From NCBI GenBank assembly GCA_013239625.1, contig MU054220.1, forward strand, positions 7,227,367-7,291,366: a stretch of 64,000 nucleotides of DNA, in the 5' to 3' direction. Positions within the stretch are counted from its first letter, which is position 1, and each line of letters starts with the position of its first letter. A program made the translations under genes and the position numbers. Origin of the DNA: Lama guanicoe. Its lineage: Eukaryota. The notes beneath the pieces were generated by a model. The model worked only from the letters and a program-made list of their open reading frames with translations, made no database searches and was not told the DNA's origin. Positions 40,054 to 54,313 of this stretch are shown here, one piece after another.

Positions 40054-43000
40054 ATATATGTGAAACAGCTACATCTCAGTCCTGGAAAGGAATTTAGGCT
40101 GACCCTTCATGTTATATCCTTAAGAACTGAGGCTCAGAAATGAATTTTCCCAAGATCATAGAGCTTATTAGGGCTAGCGACCAAACTAGAACCCGAATTT
40201 CTTAGACCCACTGCTCTGTGCAACATACAAGACGGCCTCACTCTAGGTGTTCTATATAGACTCCGTGAAATCTGACCAAGAGCTAAGGAGAAATGGTCTG
40301 TAACTGGCCTTAAACCATTTTCAAATATAAGCAGGATGATTACTGCTACATGAAAGGTTGTAAATGACTTTCCATCCCATTGGGCATAGGGGAAGATATA
40401 AGCTTGGAGCTAACTCTGTACTAGGGAAATATTGCTGGCAACAATCCACGTCGTTTGCCAGGGCAGCAACCACCTTCCACAACTGAGTGGAGTTTAATGC
40501 ATTTTTGTGGTGGAGTTGAGGCATTGCAGAAAATTGCTCACGGCAAGTACACAGAGTTTTCTTTTGTTTTGTTCTGTTGTGTATATCAGGACAAAAGAAA
40601 GAGTTAATTTATTGGCCTAATATTGATCCAGCCTAAATTCGTTTGCTGATAGGGATGGGATAGTAGTCTGAGTCCTAATGGAATGAGCTCTGGACTGTGA
40701 ATCAGGTGCCTTGAGATTAAATGCCCAAGCCAGCATTTCTCTTACTAACTCTATCATTTCTGCCGAATCACTGAACTTCTCCGAGTCTCGTGATATTTGT
40801 TTTAAAAATGGAATGAATAACTTCTAGGTCATGTAGTTTGTTTCTGGATGACGGGGAGACAAAATGGGTTAGACCGTGTTCTCTAGGAGAAGTAACTGTT
40901 TAGTTTGGTGGATACGACGCAAATACCGTGTCAGAACTGGCTGTGCTCTTCAATTCTCCTAACTGCATCTGGGGTGGAGTAGTTTCCGGGACTATTTTCC
41001 CAAAACTATAATGCTTAAGCGAAGACTTAAAGGAGTAGAGCGATTAGCCAGGAGAGGAAGACTGAAGGAAGACAGTGAGATCTTTGCTTTTTGTCCCAGG
41101 CCATTTTGATCTGTCACTCCAGCACTGCTGGACCATAAAACATTATGCCTTCAGGTGGCCCTTTAAATAACAACTGAGAGAACATAGCAAAGAACGAAGG
41201 AGACTCTATCATTAGAATTCAGAGAAGTGGTAGCAAAGGAAGGACCACTTGTCCATGGGGAGTCAGAAAGATGTCTTGAGACCAAAATGACAGGAATTTA
41301 CTAAATACTTACTCCATGCAGGCTAAGCATTTTTACATCTGTTACCCTGTTTAATCTCAACAACAACAACAAAAAAATCTGTAGGTAAAAATTATTATTT
41401 ATTTTAAATTTTAGCGATGAATTAATAAATATAGGCTCATAGGAAAGTAGGTTATTTTTTCAAATACATCTGGAAAATGAGTAAAAGTATTGTATGAAGA
41501 ATCAGGTTTATCGGAGTCAAAGATCATGGTCTTTAGGCTGTGGTGCCTTGTCTTTATAAATTGTGTTTGTCACATGGCATTTATTATGGGCGCTACAAGT
41601 CTTGAAACATGGAAGTTGCAGAAAGCTGAAAAAAAATAGGCAAATAGGAAAGGATTGGATTTGGGGGACCGAGACATCAATAGATGAAAGGTTATTAAAT
41701 AAAACTCACATTGTGGGGTGGAGATTTATACACACATGTTGAAAGATACAGAGGCTAAATGGAACTGAAATTATATATAACCCAGATCAACATTCTATAA
41801 TAAGGATTTTAATAAATGTGAAGGCTATTGAGTATTTGGCAGCCTCTGAAGAATAAAAAGCTATTGGATTTCGAAAGTCATCTCATGGGAAATATTGGAA
41901 GCTGAATCACTTGAGGGATGTAAAGCTAAATTGGATAAAACATATCTCATCTCCAAAATGATCTCTCTGTGTAAAATGCATGTCCAAACACACAAAACTA
42001 CTTTTAATTTTTACAAACTGCATGTCTCAGTGTATTGAAATAATGGATTTAATCTAAGTAAGAAAAAAACCTAGAAGAGAAAACCTTTCTAAAAAGGAGT
42101 TTGCAGGTAGAAAAACATTTGTAAAATAAGTTTCAGAAACTGAAGGCGCCTTCCAGTTGGATGGAAAACATGCAGTCATTTAAAAATAATTAGTTTTGCA
42201 AAGGGATACATGAATGGAAGGTCTTGGAAAGGAAGCAAAGAATTAATTTCCCAAAAGGCACCGCAGATAAAATTGTGGTTGGCACATTTCATTCTGCAGA
42301 CACCCCTCTTATTGGTATCTTGTCTGTTCTCTTGGGTGCCATTTTGGAATAGTGTGTGCTCTAATGATTTTGTCCAATCATGCAAATGAGAAAGGCACCT
42401 TTCAGAAACATCACCCTGGACAGACACGCTGAGCCCAGCCATGGTTGGTCCCTTCTTAAAGGATCTGAAAAGAAATGGCAGAAGTGGTTGCCTAGACCTT
42501 TATTAAGTGGGAGTTTTTGGCTCTTATCTGGCGTAATCCCCCTGGATTCTCCCTGTTCAACAATGGAAGAGAAGATCATGAGATTGGAAGGAGCCATTCA
42601 ACTGGCCTGATGTTTTGTGTTTGTCTGCTCTGAGTCCCTGGGTCACGTTAGCACTCATCCTTTCCTGCCCTATACGTATTTAAGTGTTGGTGTTCTTTCT
42701 CATACCTTTTTTTTTTTTAAGATTGCTCAACGTATTTCATCTCTTGCATCCCACCTACTTCAGGCCTCACTTGCTTCTCTAATGACATGATATTAAGTGA
42801 TGCTATTTTTGCCGTTTTAACTGGTACCCATGGAACTCAGTGGAATCTATCATGATTTCCCCACTGCAAACATGATAAAGGATGGACTCATGATCCAGCC
42901 ACTCAGAGTCCTTTCTAATATGGAAACAGTCTATATTTCTAACCTTTTCTTATAGTATCTTATATTTTCTTTTCTTTTTTTAATTTCTTCATCTTTTCCT

Positions 43001-43786
43001 ATATATGGCTTTGCTCTGCTCAGGCTGGTGACTGACCACTCACTATTCCTGAACCTTGGTTCATGCTTGCCCACTTTCTAGGTTTTGCTTAAACTGTTCC
43101 TTCTGCCTTTATCACCATCTCTCATATTCCTTGTTTTCCTTCTGTTCTGTTTACATTACCTACCTATTGAAACTTTACTGTCACCTCCTAAGAAGGGGAC
43201 TTGATCTTCCTTGGTAAGCCCGGTCCCTCTGTCCTTGAAGCCTGAATAGCATTTGCCTGGCATCTTCCCTGTGTGCTCATCTTAATCCACGATGGGACTC
43301 ATTGTGGTAACTGAAGTTTCTGTTGTAGGGATTTTTAACATGGAAGGTGATGGATAAATATTTACTGAATGTACAGGGATTATATCTTTGAAATCCATTG
43401 CTTTTCTTCATTGCTTAAGTGAAAACTGAATTCAGAAGCAATCCAAATGACTAGAGGTAGAAGAAAGGCATAAATGTGTTATAACACATCCATATGTGGA
43501 CTGACAGGCAGTCATTAAAACAAGGTTTCCAAAGAACTCTTAATGCCATGGGAAAATGATTATTATATACTGTAAATTTTTGACGTCCACAGGAAATCCT
43601 TCCTGTTCCCTTCAAAGGTGTCTACATTTTTACTAATAGTATAAAATAATAGTAGCTAACACTTACTGGTTATTTGCAGTGTGCCAGGACATCTTCAGTT
43701 GCCCTGAATCTTATTTAATATATAAAAATATACCAAGGCTCAAAGCAGTTGAATGTTTCCCAAAACCAAGCACTTCAAATGAAGCA

Positions 43787-43985
43787 ATGGTGGTTAAGAG
43801 GGAGAGAGACTAAAATCAGAATGCCTGAATCTGAGCCATTGCTTCATCACTTGTAAATTACTGGCTCTCACTATGCATTTGATGTATTAACTATAGAACA
43901 GAGATAATGATAGTTGTGAGGATCAAATGAGATAGAGGTACAGTGCTTGGCACAGCACCAGGGGCATAGAAAGCTCTAGTAAAAA
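43787..43985 (+). mobile_element. MIR SINE
   Basis: TGGTGGTTAAGAG..CAGAATGCCTG.. and GTTGTGAGGATCAAATGAGATA..ACAGTGCTTGGCACAGCACCAGG. Confidence 0.7.
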
Positions 43986-45249
43986 TGAGCCATTTGTGTA
44001 TCAGGGCTAGTACCATGCCTGGCGAAATACATATCTGCAGATTGGGTGGAGGGAACCCAAGTCTGACTGGTGCTCTTCTCTCAATGACAGCCTCGCCATT
44101 AACACAAGTCATCACATACACAGCAGTGAGGACAGAGCAGAAAAGCCACACAGGTTCAGATTATGGGCACTCTAATAGACTCATTCATCAGCTGAAATTA
44201 TTCACAGCCCCTGAATGATTCAGCTTTATATCTTAGAAAATACAAATCATTACAGGGCAGGGCAATTCAAAATAAAGTAACAACAGTTGCACACATGAAT
44301 GCCAAGGACTATTGTAGTGGTAAGAGAGGAAAGCTGGAAGTCAATTAGAGATACATAGAATTAAGTGTGTATTTAGAAATAGGGGTGGAAGGAGACTGAA
44401 AAGAACTAAGAAATATGCCAAAATGTTGACAGGGATTGTGTTGGGATTAAACGATTATGTGTGCTTTCTTTTTTTAAGTATTTTTATTTAAATATAGTGT
44501 GCCTGTTTTAATGTTCTATGAAGTTCCAGTTTGTTTAGAGTAAGGAAAATATAATAAAAATTAACTCAGTCCTCTAAATTCTAAAAAAAATAAGTTCAAT
44601 CGCTGCAGATCTAGATCTTTTTTAGTTTAGCTGCAAGTTGAAAGCTGTTTCTTTGGCTAATAATTTGGATTTTTAATATGAATCAAATGATCCTGTATAG
44701 TATTGGCAATAATGCATTAGAGTTTCAAGAGTACTTGTGTCCGTTGCAAGGTCACCCAGGGGGTAGTGATCTCTCACACTTAGGCCTTCATTCCAATGAG
44801 CATAATTAGGAATTAAAAAATGAATTTTACAAGGCAAATGCACATCTAAACTATAAAATGAAATAGATGGACTGATGGCCCCCATTCGCCAGGAATCTGT
44901 ATGGATGCACCATAGTGTGGTGTGGATATGGAAAACCGATTCAATGCTCAGCTCTTAACACTTTTATGATGGTTAACAATTTTTGGCAGGCTTAGGAGTT
45001 GACAGGCCTTTCTGCCATAAATCTTGACGCATTTCAGTGATTCTCATTCTAGCACAGAAAGACAAGTGATTACAGGAAACTGTCATCTTAAAAGATTTAA
45101 CGTTCAGAGGTATTTGGACAATTACAAGCAACGTATAAAGTAGCCCTGGTGAAATGCAGCGGAGGGTGATTTGGCATGCTGAAACTCCCTCAGAGGAGGC
45201 GCCATGCGACTCTTCTCTTATTGCGGACTTTATTGAGGGGAATAATGAA

Positions 45250-46010
45250 TGGTTATTCATTAATTCATGTATTCCCTCCACAGATATTTCTTGAATATCT
45301 ACAATGGACCAAGTACTATTCTAGGCACTGGGAATAAAGCAGTGAACAAAACAGACAAAAGTCCTGGCTCTTTTGGAGCTTAACAATTTAGGATATACAT
45401 GGCTGGGTTGGTCGAGGGGAGTACGAAAGTAAACAAATATATAAAATATGTATGTATCTAAAGCCACACTGCCTTATAGAAATTTCTTTACTGGCAGAAA
45501 GTTTTTATAGCTGTACTGTCCAGTATAATAGCCACTGGCTACATATGGCGGTTAGACCCAGGAAATAACCCTAGTGTGACTGAAGGACCAAATTTTAAAT
45601 CTTTTGTCATTTTAACTAATTTAAATATAAACCTAGAAAACCACATGGGGATAGTAGCTACCATATTGGAGAGCAAAGGTCTAGATAGTTCAGAGATGAC
45701 ATGGAGGGGTGGGCAGGGTGTAGAGGAGTGATTGCGGTTATAAACAGCGTGGTCAGAAAAGACATCTCAAGGAGATTTTGAGTGGGGAAAAAAAAAAGGT
45801 GAGAGAACAAGCCATGCAGGTAGTTAGAGGGAGATGTTCCCAGGCAGAGAAACTTGGAGGTGCAGAGATCTTGAGGCGGTTGCCATGTGGCTTGGAAGAG
45901 GAATGACATGGAGGCCAGTGTGGATGCAACAGAGAGAGTGTGTGGACAAGTAGGGGATGGGACTCAAAGGGCCGTGGAGCCATGGCGAGGAATCAGGACC
46001 TTTACCCTAG
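45250..46010 (-). mobile_element. L2 LINE 3' fragment interrupted by MER3
   Basis: ATTCATTAATTCA..ATATTTCTTGAATATCTAC..CTAGGCACTGGGAATAAAGCAGTGAACAAAACAGACAAAAGTCC; resumes after about 45680 with GTTCCCAGGCAGAG..GGAGGCCAGTGTGG. Confidence 0.8.
45464..45678. mobile_element. MER3 (hAT-Charlie)
   Basis: CTGTCCAGTATAATAGCCACTGGCTACATATGG..CTAGTGTGACTGA..AATTTAAAT..CCACATG..GCTACCATATTGGAGAGC, with tcta(a/g)a-type hAT flanks. Confidence 0.8.
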
Positions 46011-49000
46011 GTTTAATTTTATATATACCTACATAAAATTATATATATAATAAGATATATATCTATATATAATATATCCACGATAAATATCTATTAAAAT
46101 ATATATATAATTAGTCCAAAAGCTTATGATTCAAAATCCACAAGAGCCCCTTAGTTACTCTAAAGTCCTTTGCTGACCTGCCGGTCAGCTAGAATATTTT
46201 ATCAGGCCCCATTGTTATTTCATAATTGAGTCTAGAATTTCAAATATTCGGTGGTTCTCCAAGTAGCTCTTGGACATGCATTTCCCCACCATCCTGAGTG
46301 ATATTTATAACCACAACCCTCTTTAATCTTCTCTTGACCCTAGCAAATTTGTTGTTCTCTTTTCTTGGGATTGATTGAGTTTATCTGTAAAATTCAAATC
46401 TAGTGGTAACACGATGGAGAAGGAAATATGCCAATTTTTATAGGCAGACAATCCTGTGAAATTAGTGAGAATTATATAGATAACGGTGCGGAAGGAGATC
46501 CGAATGCAAAACGTGTTAGAATTTAGAGCTTTTAGTCACGTGAAACTACACAGAATGTTAAGGAGATTGTGGGTATTTAGACTCGTCTTGAATTTCACCT
46601 CACTGAAGTATCTGTCCCATCTGAAAACTCAACACATATGGACACTTGGCTTTCATAAACGTTTATCTTTGATTTAGGCTTTACCTTTGACTGTATTTTT
46701 CAAAGACCCTAATTGCTTTGTAAGGGTGGTTATAATGCTCTCTTTCCAAAGTTTATTTTTAATAAAACAATATGTATATGCAAGGCCATATTTTTCTTCA
46801 GTTAAAACGTCAGTATTTTAGAATTGCTGCCTTTTTAATTCATTTTCTTATTTGAATTATTTAGCTCGCTATTTATGTCATGAATTCATTGTCCTTGTAT
46901 AAAGAGAGATGAGAAAAGATGCAAAAAGGCATTAACATTATTTGAGTGCCCACCATGTGCCAGGGTCTGTAAAAATAATACTGCTATCATTATTGAGTGA
47001 CAATAAATTTATTGTAGGGACAAAAAAATGAAGAATGTTATCATTGTTTCCTTATACATATATACTGTGTGCTGTTTATCTTGTTTAGTTTGTATCTCAG
47101 AGTTGCAAAGTAGCTGGAATTTTTATTTTAAAGAGAAGAAAATAAGGAGGTACAAAAAAAATTTGCCAAAACACACACATTCCTTGGGCGTAATAGAACC
47201 AGGACTCAACCCAGACCTTTTAAAACTATACAATCTGTGTTCCTTCCATCGTTTTCTCTCTCTTCAATTATAACTTATTAATAGTTGCAAAATAATATTT
47301 TTACATCCTGGCTTTGCTATTTACTAGCTGTATTTATTATTTCTTACAAAAGTTACTTATTCTCAATAAGCCTTAGTTTCCTTTTCTATAAAATGGATTT
47401 TTTTTTGTATTCAGTTAAGATTTATTTAGGTAATTGATGTAGGCACTTGATATAATACACTGATTATTTTCTTAAGCATTTTTTTAATATTTATACTTCA
47501 CTTCTTTTAAAAATGAAATACTTTAAAAATGAATTAAAATGCGGATATGTATTAATATTAAATGTTACACAGTTACTATATTATGTGAGATAATCCATGT
47601 AAACACACAATAAAGGGCTTAGAATGGAGTAATCACTCATAAATGCTAGCGATCATTAATCATTTTATCCAAGTTTCTGCATATGTAAGTAGGAGATGGA
47701 AGACTTAGATTTTCTAAACCTTGAGCTTCTTCAGTCTTTCCAACCACACCCCTCTTAAATTTTGCTCTTCCATAATTTACAGATTATGTGCAACCAGATA
47801 CCATTATTAATGAGCTAACAGGAAAATTGATTAACCTCCTAATGACTTCCTTCCCCAGAACTGAAAATGATCCTGGATTTCCTCAGATGCTCTGTGATTG
47901 CTGCTGTCTGCCTGTGATCAGTGTTTTCAGCAAAGATTGACTTTGGCATCTGCTTGCCCATCCCTGCACTCCTTGGCCCTCTGAAGAACTCGAGGTCTCC
48001 CCACCACCGGGTTGGCCTGTGACAGCTCTGTTCCCCGGTGCCGAGGAGGGACATTCAGAGGCATGTTGCTGATACGATTTGTTTTCATTTTCACTTTTCG
48101 TTTCACAACTGAGAATATTAACAGAAAGCTTTTATGCTTTGTTCTTCCAAGTTTCCGGGAATCTCTTGGCTCTTTCTCTAGCCATTTCATTTTCTTGCGG
48201 GGTCGTCCCTGCTCCCTATCTCCCATCGTCCACTTCTTAGTCTCTTTTTAGAAGAGAGCTTCGTTCTAATCCAGTGATCCATTTGGTATCACGAAAGCCT
48301 TGTCTGTCTCCTGGGGAAAAAGCAATGCCCAGAGGGACTAAAAGTAAAACCATGGAAGGCGCCACCTTGCACCTCCCAAGCCAGTCAACGCCCGATCCTC
48401 AGAAAACAGGGAAAATCAGGGAGAGGGTAAGGAAATCACTGCTGTATCCTGCTACCTGGCTGAATTAGTTGATTAATTCTAACTAAAATAATAACTTTTA
48501 ACAAGGGGGATTTCCCATCTTATTTTTCTTATTTGGGCCATTTGTTCACAAAAACAGATTAATTCCATTACCAGCTTTGAACAAAGAAGGCCATGTTTCT
48601 CAGCTCACAGGCCTTTTCCCTCTCAGTTTTCTTGGATGCTCTGCAAGTTTCTCTCTTAGTTCTTTGGCCTTCGAGCTCGCCGAAGAGTGCCAGGCCTCTG
48701 AGCGTGCTCCTTGGCCTTCCTGCCTTCCTAGCAGTCCTCAATGCTTCTCTTTGTTTCTTTCTTGAGCCAGTCCTGAGCTTGGGCCTTTCCCAGAGTGTCT
48801 CAGTGTTTCCACTCCATGGGGAAATTTCCATGGGTCCACAGTCAAGGTCACGGCTGTGTCTGTTATTTATTCTTGGACCCAGCAGGGGTTTCCTGCCTGT
48901 TTTTATATGTCCGTTTTTGAGTTAATTGGGCTAATCAATCTAATGAATTTTCCAGAAGTTGTTCAACAACCATTGTAGCTATCTGGACAACAGTTGGTAC

Positions 49001-49052
49001 AGCTAAACAGTGGTACCCTCAAGCCTTGAATTTAGTTTAGCTGGAGATATAG

Positions 49053-49057
<5 letters not shown>

Positions 49058-49092
<35 letters not shown>

Positions 49093-49095
49093 TTT
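49058..49095. repeat. (AT)n microsatellite followed by poly-T
   Basis: Read directly. Confidence 0.85.
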
Positions 49096-49763
49096 GGTGG
49101 GGGACGGGGCAGCAGCTGGATATGTTTAGAGAGTCCACTGCATTGGCTGGAAATAATTCCTGACATCCTGAAATGTATTAAGCTTCTGGGAAATATATTT
49201 AACATGTGATAAAACAGTAGATGTGAAAGTGCTTAATAAGAAAAGATAGATATACAGGTACGTTTACAGGATTCAGGTCGGAGAACCCTGAGCAGTGACC
49301 AGGGACCTTACTTTGTGCTTTGACTTTGCCACTGATTGGTGGCTCTCTTAACCCCACCTTTCCCGTCTGTAGAGGGGAGATAATACTTACATCATGGGGC
49401 TCTTGTGAAGAATTTTAGGTGGAGATGGATCGCTAACGCATTTTGAAAAACTGTCCTCCACGTTGAGAGACTGGTAGTGGAAGTGAAACAGAAACAGTGA
49501 TAGAAAGAATGTTAATATCACGAATTGTGGTAATCCCAGAGGGCGACAGTTTAAGCATTTGGCACCCAGTGAGCGGCATGTTTACCACTATTACTTCACG
49601 TTATTTATGCAGACGTAGCGACAGCCACCAGGCAGAGCCACGCAAGCTGTGCCAGCCCAAGGGCTCAACAGCTCTTCAGCTATTCCTCCATTTCTTTTTC
49701 AGGCAGTTTTGAACACACTGACTACACATGGCTTAATAAAACCTGTAAAGAAATCTTTTGGAG

Positions 49764-50145
49764 TATATTCGTCTTCTCAGGCTGCCCTCACAAAATACCG
49801 TGGACTGGGTGACTTAAACAGCGGAAACTTATTTCTCACAGTTGCGGAGTCTGGAAGTCTGAGATCAGGGCCCCTGAGGCTGGGTTTTGGTGAGAGCGCC
49901 CTTCCTGGCTGGCTGACGGCTGTCTTCTTGCCTGTGTCCTCACCTGCTGGAGGGAGAGCGCGTGTGGCTCTTCTTATACAGACACTGTTCCTGTTAGGAT
50001 CAGACATCCACCTTATGACCTCGTTAACCTTCAGTCACTCCTATAAAGGTCCTAAATTCAAATACAATCACATTGGGAGTCAGGGCTTCAATGTATCAAA
50101 TTTTTTTTTTTCTTTGGATGGGGACGGGCAATTCAGTCCATAACA
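49764..50145 (-). mobile_element. MaLR solo LTR (MLT1A/B-like) inserted in a MIR head
   Basis: GGCTGCC..ACAAAATACC..ACTGGGTGACTTAAACA..TTATTTCTCACAGTT..GGAAGTCTGAGATCA ... ATTCAGTCCATAACA. Perfect 5-bp TSD TGGAG (49759-49763 / 50146-50150). MIR-like sequence continues to about 50360. Confidence 0.9.
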
Positions 50146-51261
50146 TGGAGTTAGACAGGTCTGAGTTTAAATGCGCTTTACTCCAACTAATGAACCATGG
50201 GCTTAAATTTCTCTTTTTACCATTTTCTTGCTGTGTGAGCCTGAGAAGGTACTTAAATTCTCTCTGAGCTCCCCCCGCCCCATGTGAGATTATATTATCT
50301 TACCACATACTTACTAAGTAAGTAAAACATTGCAGAAAACTTGGCACATATTAGATGCTTAGCCAATGCATCAATCAGTAGAAAAGAAAGAAACTCATTC
50401 ATTCTTAATTTATTTTAATGCTTCAGCCCGCCTCTGTCACCTGAGGTGAGATCTGCCTTTGTTCGCAGCTTCCTGAGTGGGGCCATTATATTCCAGAACA
50501 CCACGATTGTGTGAGAGGAAGCAGATCTTGGGGGCTGGCGTGTTCCAGCTAATGCCCTTTTGGTTTTGCCGACCAGCAAAAGGAGGTCATCGTAGTTTAA
50601 GGGAATCTACTTAACGCTGTTCAGGTATTAAATAGCAGAGCCAAGATTCCTGGCCTCTTGACCTCAATCTGCTGTTCTTTCCACTACACCAGTTCTCCCA
50701 ACTTTTCGTCTATAGGTGACACTCCTACGACACATCCCCGTGGTTGCTGGCGATGCCCAGTTTCATCACATTAGCCAAAATGCTGGTCCTTTCGCTGTTA
50801 CTCAGAGAAGAAAATCAAAATGCAAGAGAGTGAGAAAACTAATTATTAAGCGCAACCTTGAATGTCCTCTAATTGTAAGAATGAAAAGGTTTATTTCCAA
50901 ACCTTGCTACTCGGACACATATTATAAGAAATCACTTGAGACCCTTCTCAAAATAGTAGTCCACTGTCCTTTTGTGAAATAGGTGAAGAATGGTTGGTCT
51001 AAGCTGAGTTTAGCTTTCCCATGTGTTCAGCTTTTATCAAGAGAGAGGGGCAAGAAAACACTTGCAGGTGTCGCTGGCATCCTGGTTCCAAGATGTTTAG
51101 CCTAAACCTCTATGTAGGTTTAGAACCCAATCTCTGTGGCTTGGGCATCGTTTGCTAGTTTCATTTAGTTGGTAGTGTTTCCAGCTGAGCCACTTTGCTA
51201 GAATTTCTCGGGGATTTCTCCCCCAGTTATTGTGTCTTGAGGGCCGTCTGACAGCAGTAAC

Positions 51262-51430
51262 ATAGCACGACGGCTAAGCCTGCGGAATCGGGAGCCTCCC
51301 TGCTTAGATCCCAATCCTGGTTCCAGGGTTTCCTAGGTATGGGACCTTGAGCAAGTTATGTAACATCTCTGCACCTCCACTTCCTCATCTGAAAACCGAG
51401 AGGAATGATCGTCCCTGCTTCATAGGGCCG
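51262..51430 (+). mobile_element. MIR SINE
   Basis: GACCTTGAGCAAGTTATGTAACATCTCTGCACCTCCACTTCCTCATCTGAAAA core. Confidence 0.8.
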
Positions 51431-52124
51431 CTGAGGTGCTTACTTAGCGCTGACCATTTGTAAACAGCTTACCTGTTTTAGTACATTGCCGAGCTTAGCA
51501 GGTGCCACACAGAGTCGCTCTCGTTAGAAGCACTGGCTGTTTCTACGACCTTTCTCTAGGAGCAACTCTTTGTACGTCTCCACGCTAACTCTTTGTACAT
51601 CCTGGACTAGATCTAACAATCCATTTGTAATTCCCAAGTCTTCAGCTTCCTAGGAGCTTCAGATATATTTTAATGCTCTTACACCCCTTTTATTTTCCTT
51701 GTGTTTATCTTGCTTAGGCCCTGTAAAAAGTGTGTGCTTTTACAAACTACAAGAAGTTTCCATCCTGAGCATGTAATTACCCTGAGTGCTTAGCTCCTAA
51801 ATCCACAATAACAAGACTTTAGTTTGTTTTTCAGAGCTGTTGCGCTTAATTAATATTTATGCGAGACTTAGTAAAATCATGAAAATTAACAGACGTCCTT
51901 ACCTAAACAGGTGGTGAATATATCAACAACTGCAGTAAGAATGGTGAAGCTATAACAAAATTTGTCTAGGTCACTCAAACTCATTCCTGAGTCTGGTAAG
52001 CATGGTTCCCACATTTACTACCCAATCCAGTAAGTGCACTGTCAAGCCAGTAAACGTGGCTTTAAGGATATTTTAAGATATTCACATGAAATATGAACTT
52101 TACTTCATGCACATTACAAAAAAA

Positions 52125-52595
52125 CTAAAAATAAGAGTGGCATCAACACACAAGCGTTATTCTGTTCCAAGGAAGAGTTTGAAAATAGTGCAGCATTGGT
52201 ATACGACTATATAAAATCATAAGGGATTTAGGCTTCTCTGTCTCTGCTCCAACATTCTAGTACAAAGCTTTCAGCCTAAGGTCAAAGCATGGTCCACAGT
52301 GGCTGCTAAAGCTCCAGCCATTATGTCCACATTCCAGGAAACAGAAAGGGAGAAAGGAGAAAGAACATTATGATGTCATCTCTAATCTGAATTTACTTTT
52401 TTAAAGCATCAGTCTTGGAATTCCCATAGGACACTTTGGTGTATATCCCGTTTAGTCAGATCTTAATCATATAACTAGGTAGAGAAGATTCTGGGAAATG
52501 TGGTCTAGTATTTGGGGCTCAGGGTAAGTCCCAAACTAAAATGAAGATTTTAAGGAAGAAAATGAAAATGGCCTTTGAGTGGGCAGCTAGCACAT
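52125..52595 (-). mobile_element. Old MaLR LTR (MLT1J/K-like)
   Basis: CATGGTCCACAGTGGCTGCTAAAGCTCCAGCCATTATGTCCACATTCCAGG..CTGGGAAATGTGGTCT..GGGCAGCTAGCA. Confidence 0.65.
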
Positions 52596-52849
52596 TTAAA
52601 ATTAACCTTTTATTTTGTCTCTTAGTAGTTTGTTGATTTTCCTTAGTACTTAAAATTTTTAGATGTTTATACTTCCTATGAAGCATTTTTTCATATTCTT
52701 TAAATAAGTCTCTTTATAATTAAATGGTGATTTTTTTCCCTGTGTTTTTATTTTATGACAGTATATTAATATAAAGCATTAACTCTCAAAAAAATCTGAG
52801 GAACCTTCCCATAAAAGCCCACCTCAAAGAGGGAATTTTATTCTTTCAT

Positions 52850-53290
52850 ACATCTTACTTAATTTTTTTCTATGTGCCTTCTATGTGCCAGGAACTAGTT
52901 TAGATGCTGAGAATAAAAGAGGGAGCAGCACAAAGTCTCAGCCCTGTGGGGCTTGCGTATGAATGGGAGAAGATAAGAAATGCACGAATCTGTAGTGTAA
53001 CATCAGGTTTTGGTAAATAAAGCATAAGAAGGGACTAGAGCGTACTGGAGGATGAACAGTACTATTTTTGAACAGGTGGTCGGGGTAGCCATTCCAGCAC
53101 AGAAAACAGAAATACAGATGCCGGTGGGGGAAAGTTCTTGAAGGGGCTTATCCCTGCTCTGCGCAGGAAGAGCAAGGAGGGCAAGGTACTTGGACTGGAA
53201 GGATGGCGATGGAGACTTGTAGAAGATGAGTTCTACCAGAAGAGAGATCGGTAGACCCAGAGGAGAGATCATTCCAGGACTTTGAAGAAT
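52850..53290 (-). mobile_element. L2 LINE fragment
   Basis: GTGCCTTCTATGTGCCAGGAACTAGTTTAGATGCTGAGAATA..; CATTCCAGCACAGA..; GCAAGGAGGGCAAG..GGACTGGA. Confidence 0.6.
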
Positions 53291-53799
53291 ACAGATAACA
53301 TACCTCAGTAGCCAAAGCGGAATAGGAAAGGAAATGACCACTTCTGTGTTTTAGTGTTGATTTTTTCCCTTCTGCAGTTCACCAGTTATTGAATGATGGC
53401 CTGCCATGTGTGAGACTCCTCAATTAAATCCAGAAGTTAAAATGTGAACAATATGGAACATTCCCTCTCTTCGAGGTGCTGTCTCTGTAGCAGCTTAAGA
53501 TCTGCTCAGAAAGTTTACAAGCCATAAACTTTGTACTTGTATATCCAGGAGATTTTATTTGTTCCTGTTCTCTTCTGCTTAATAGAATCTTTGTACACAC
53601 AATAAGCCTTGAATACCGTAGCATAACAGTAAGTTCATTTGTCTTCTCTCTTGAAGACATACAGAAATCTAAAACCCCCATTCTATTCTTGAACCTGTCT
53701 ATAACATTTGTTCCTAAAGAATGTCTATAGTGTGTAAGTGTATAAAACTCTGTATGTATTGCTCCCTCCGACAAGCATGCCCTTCCTCCTTTCTCTGAC

Positions 53800-54055
53800 A
53801 AAGCCTTATTCTTCCTTCATGGCATCGTCTGTGAAGGGATTTCCCCAGCTCTTTCTCACAAAGCTAATTGCTTCTCCCTGTGTTCAGCCCAGTACTTACA
53901 TTAGGCATCACAGTGTATTATCATGATTATATGCTTATATTATCCTTTCCCACTGGAATTAAAGTTCCTGAGGGATGAATACAAGGCTTATTTGTTGTTG
54001 AAACTCTGATACGCAGCAGAGTGCCTGGCACGTAGTCAGCGTTTGAAAATGTTTT
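53800..54055 (+). mobile_element. L2 LINE 3' end
   Basis: CCCACTGGAATTAAAGTTCCTGAGGG..GCAGAGTGCCTGGCACGTAG. Confidence 0.65.
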
Positions 54056-54313
54056 ATGATATGAAAAAAAAAAAAAGAAGAAGAAAGCCCCATGAAAGAC
54101 AAGGCTAATGTTAACGTTCACAGTCTGGAGTCAGTAGAAAATTCATAACTTGTGTTCTGATTATGTAATCCTTTCCCTCCGAGCATCATTATTTGAGGGG
54201 AAGCTTTTAGCCTTTATCACAAGTCATTACTAAGTCAAATATGTGTGTTTTTACATTCCAATTAAATCTCCAAATGATCTGCTATGTGTATCCCCTGAAA
54301 CATATAGTGGCCT

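Noticed and set aside
48568..48831. K/R-rich 87-aa minus-strand ORF
   Set aside because: Composition follows from a pyrimidine-rich plus strand; no recognisable homology.
49649..50143. Longest ORF (164 aa)
   Set aside because: Mostly antisense read-through of an MLT1 LTR; no protein-like features.
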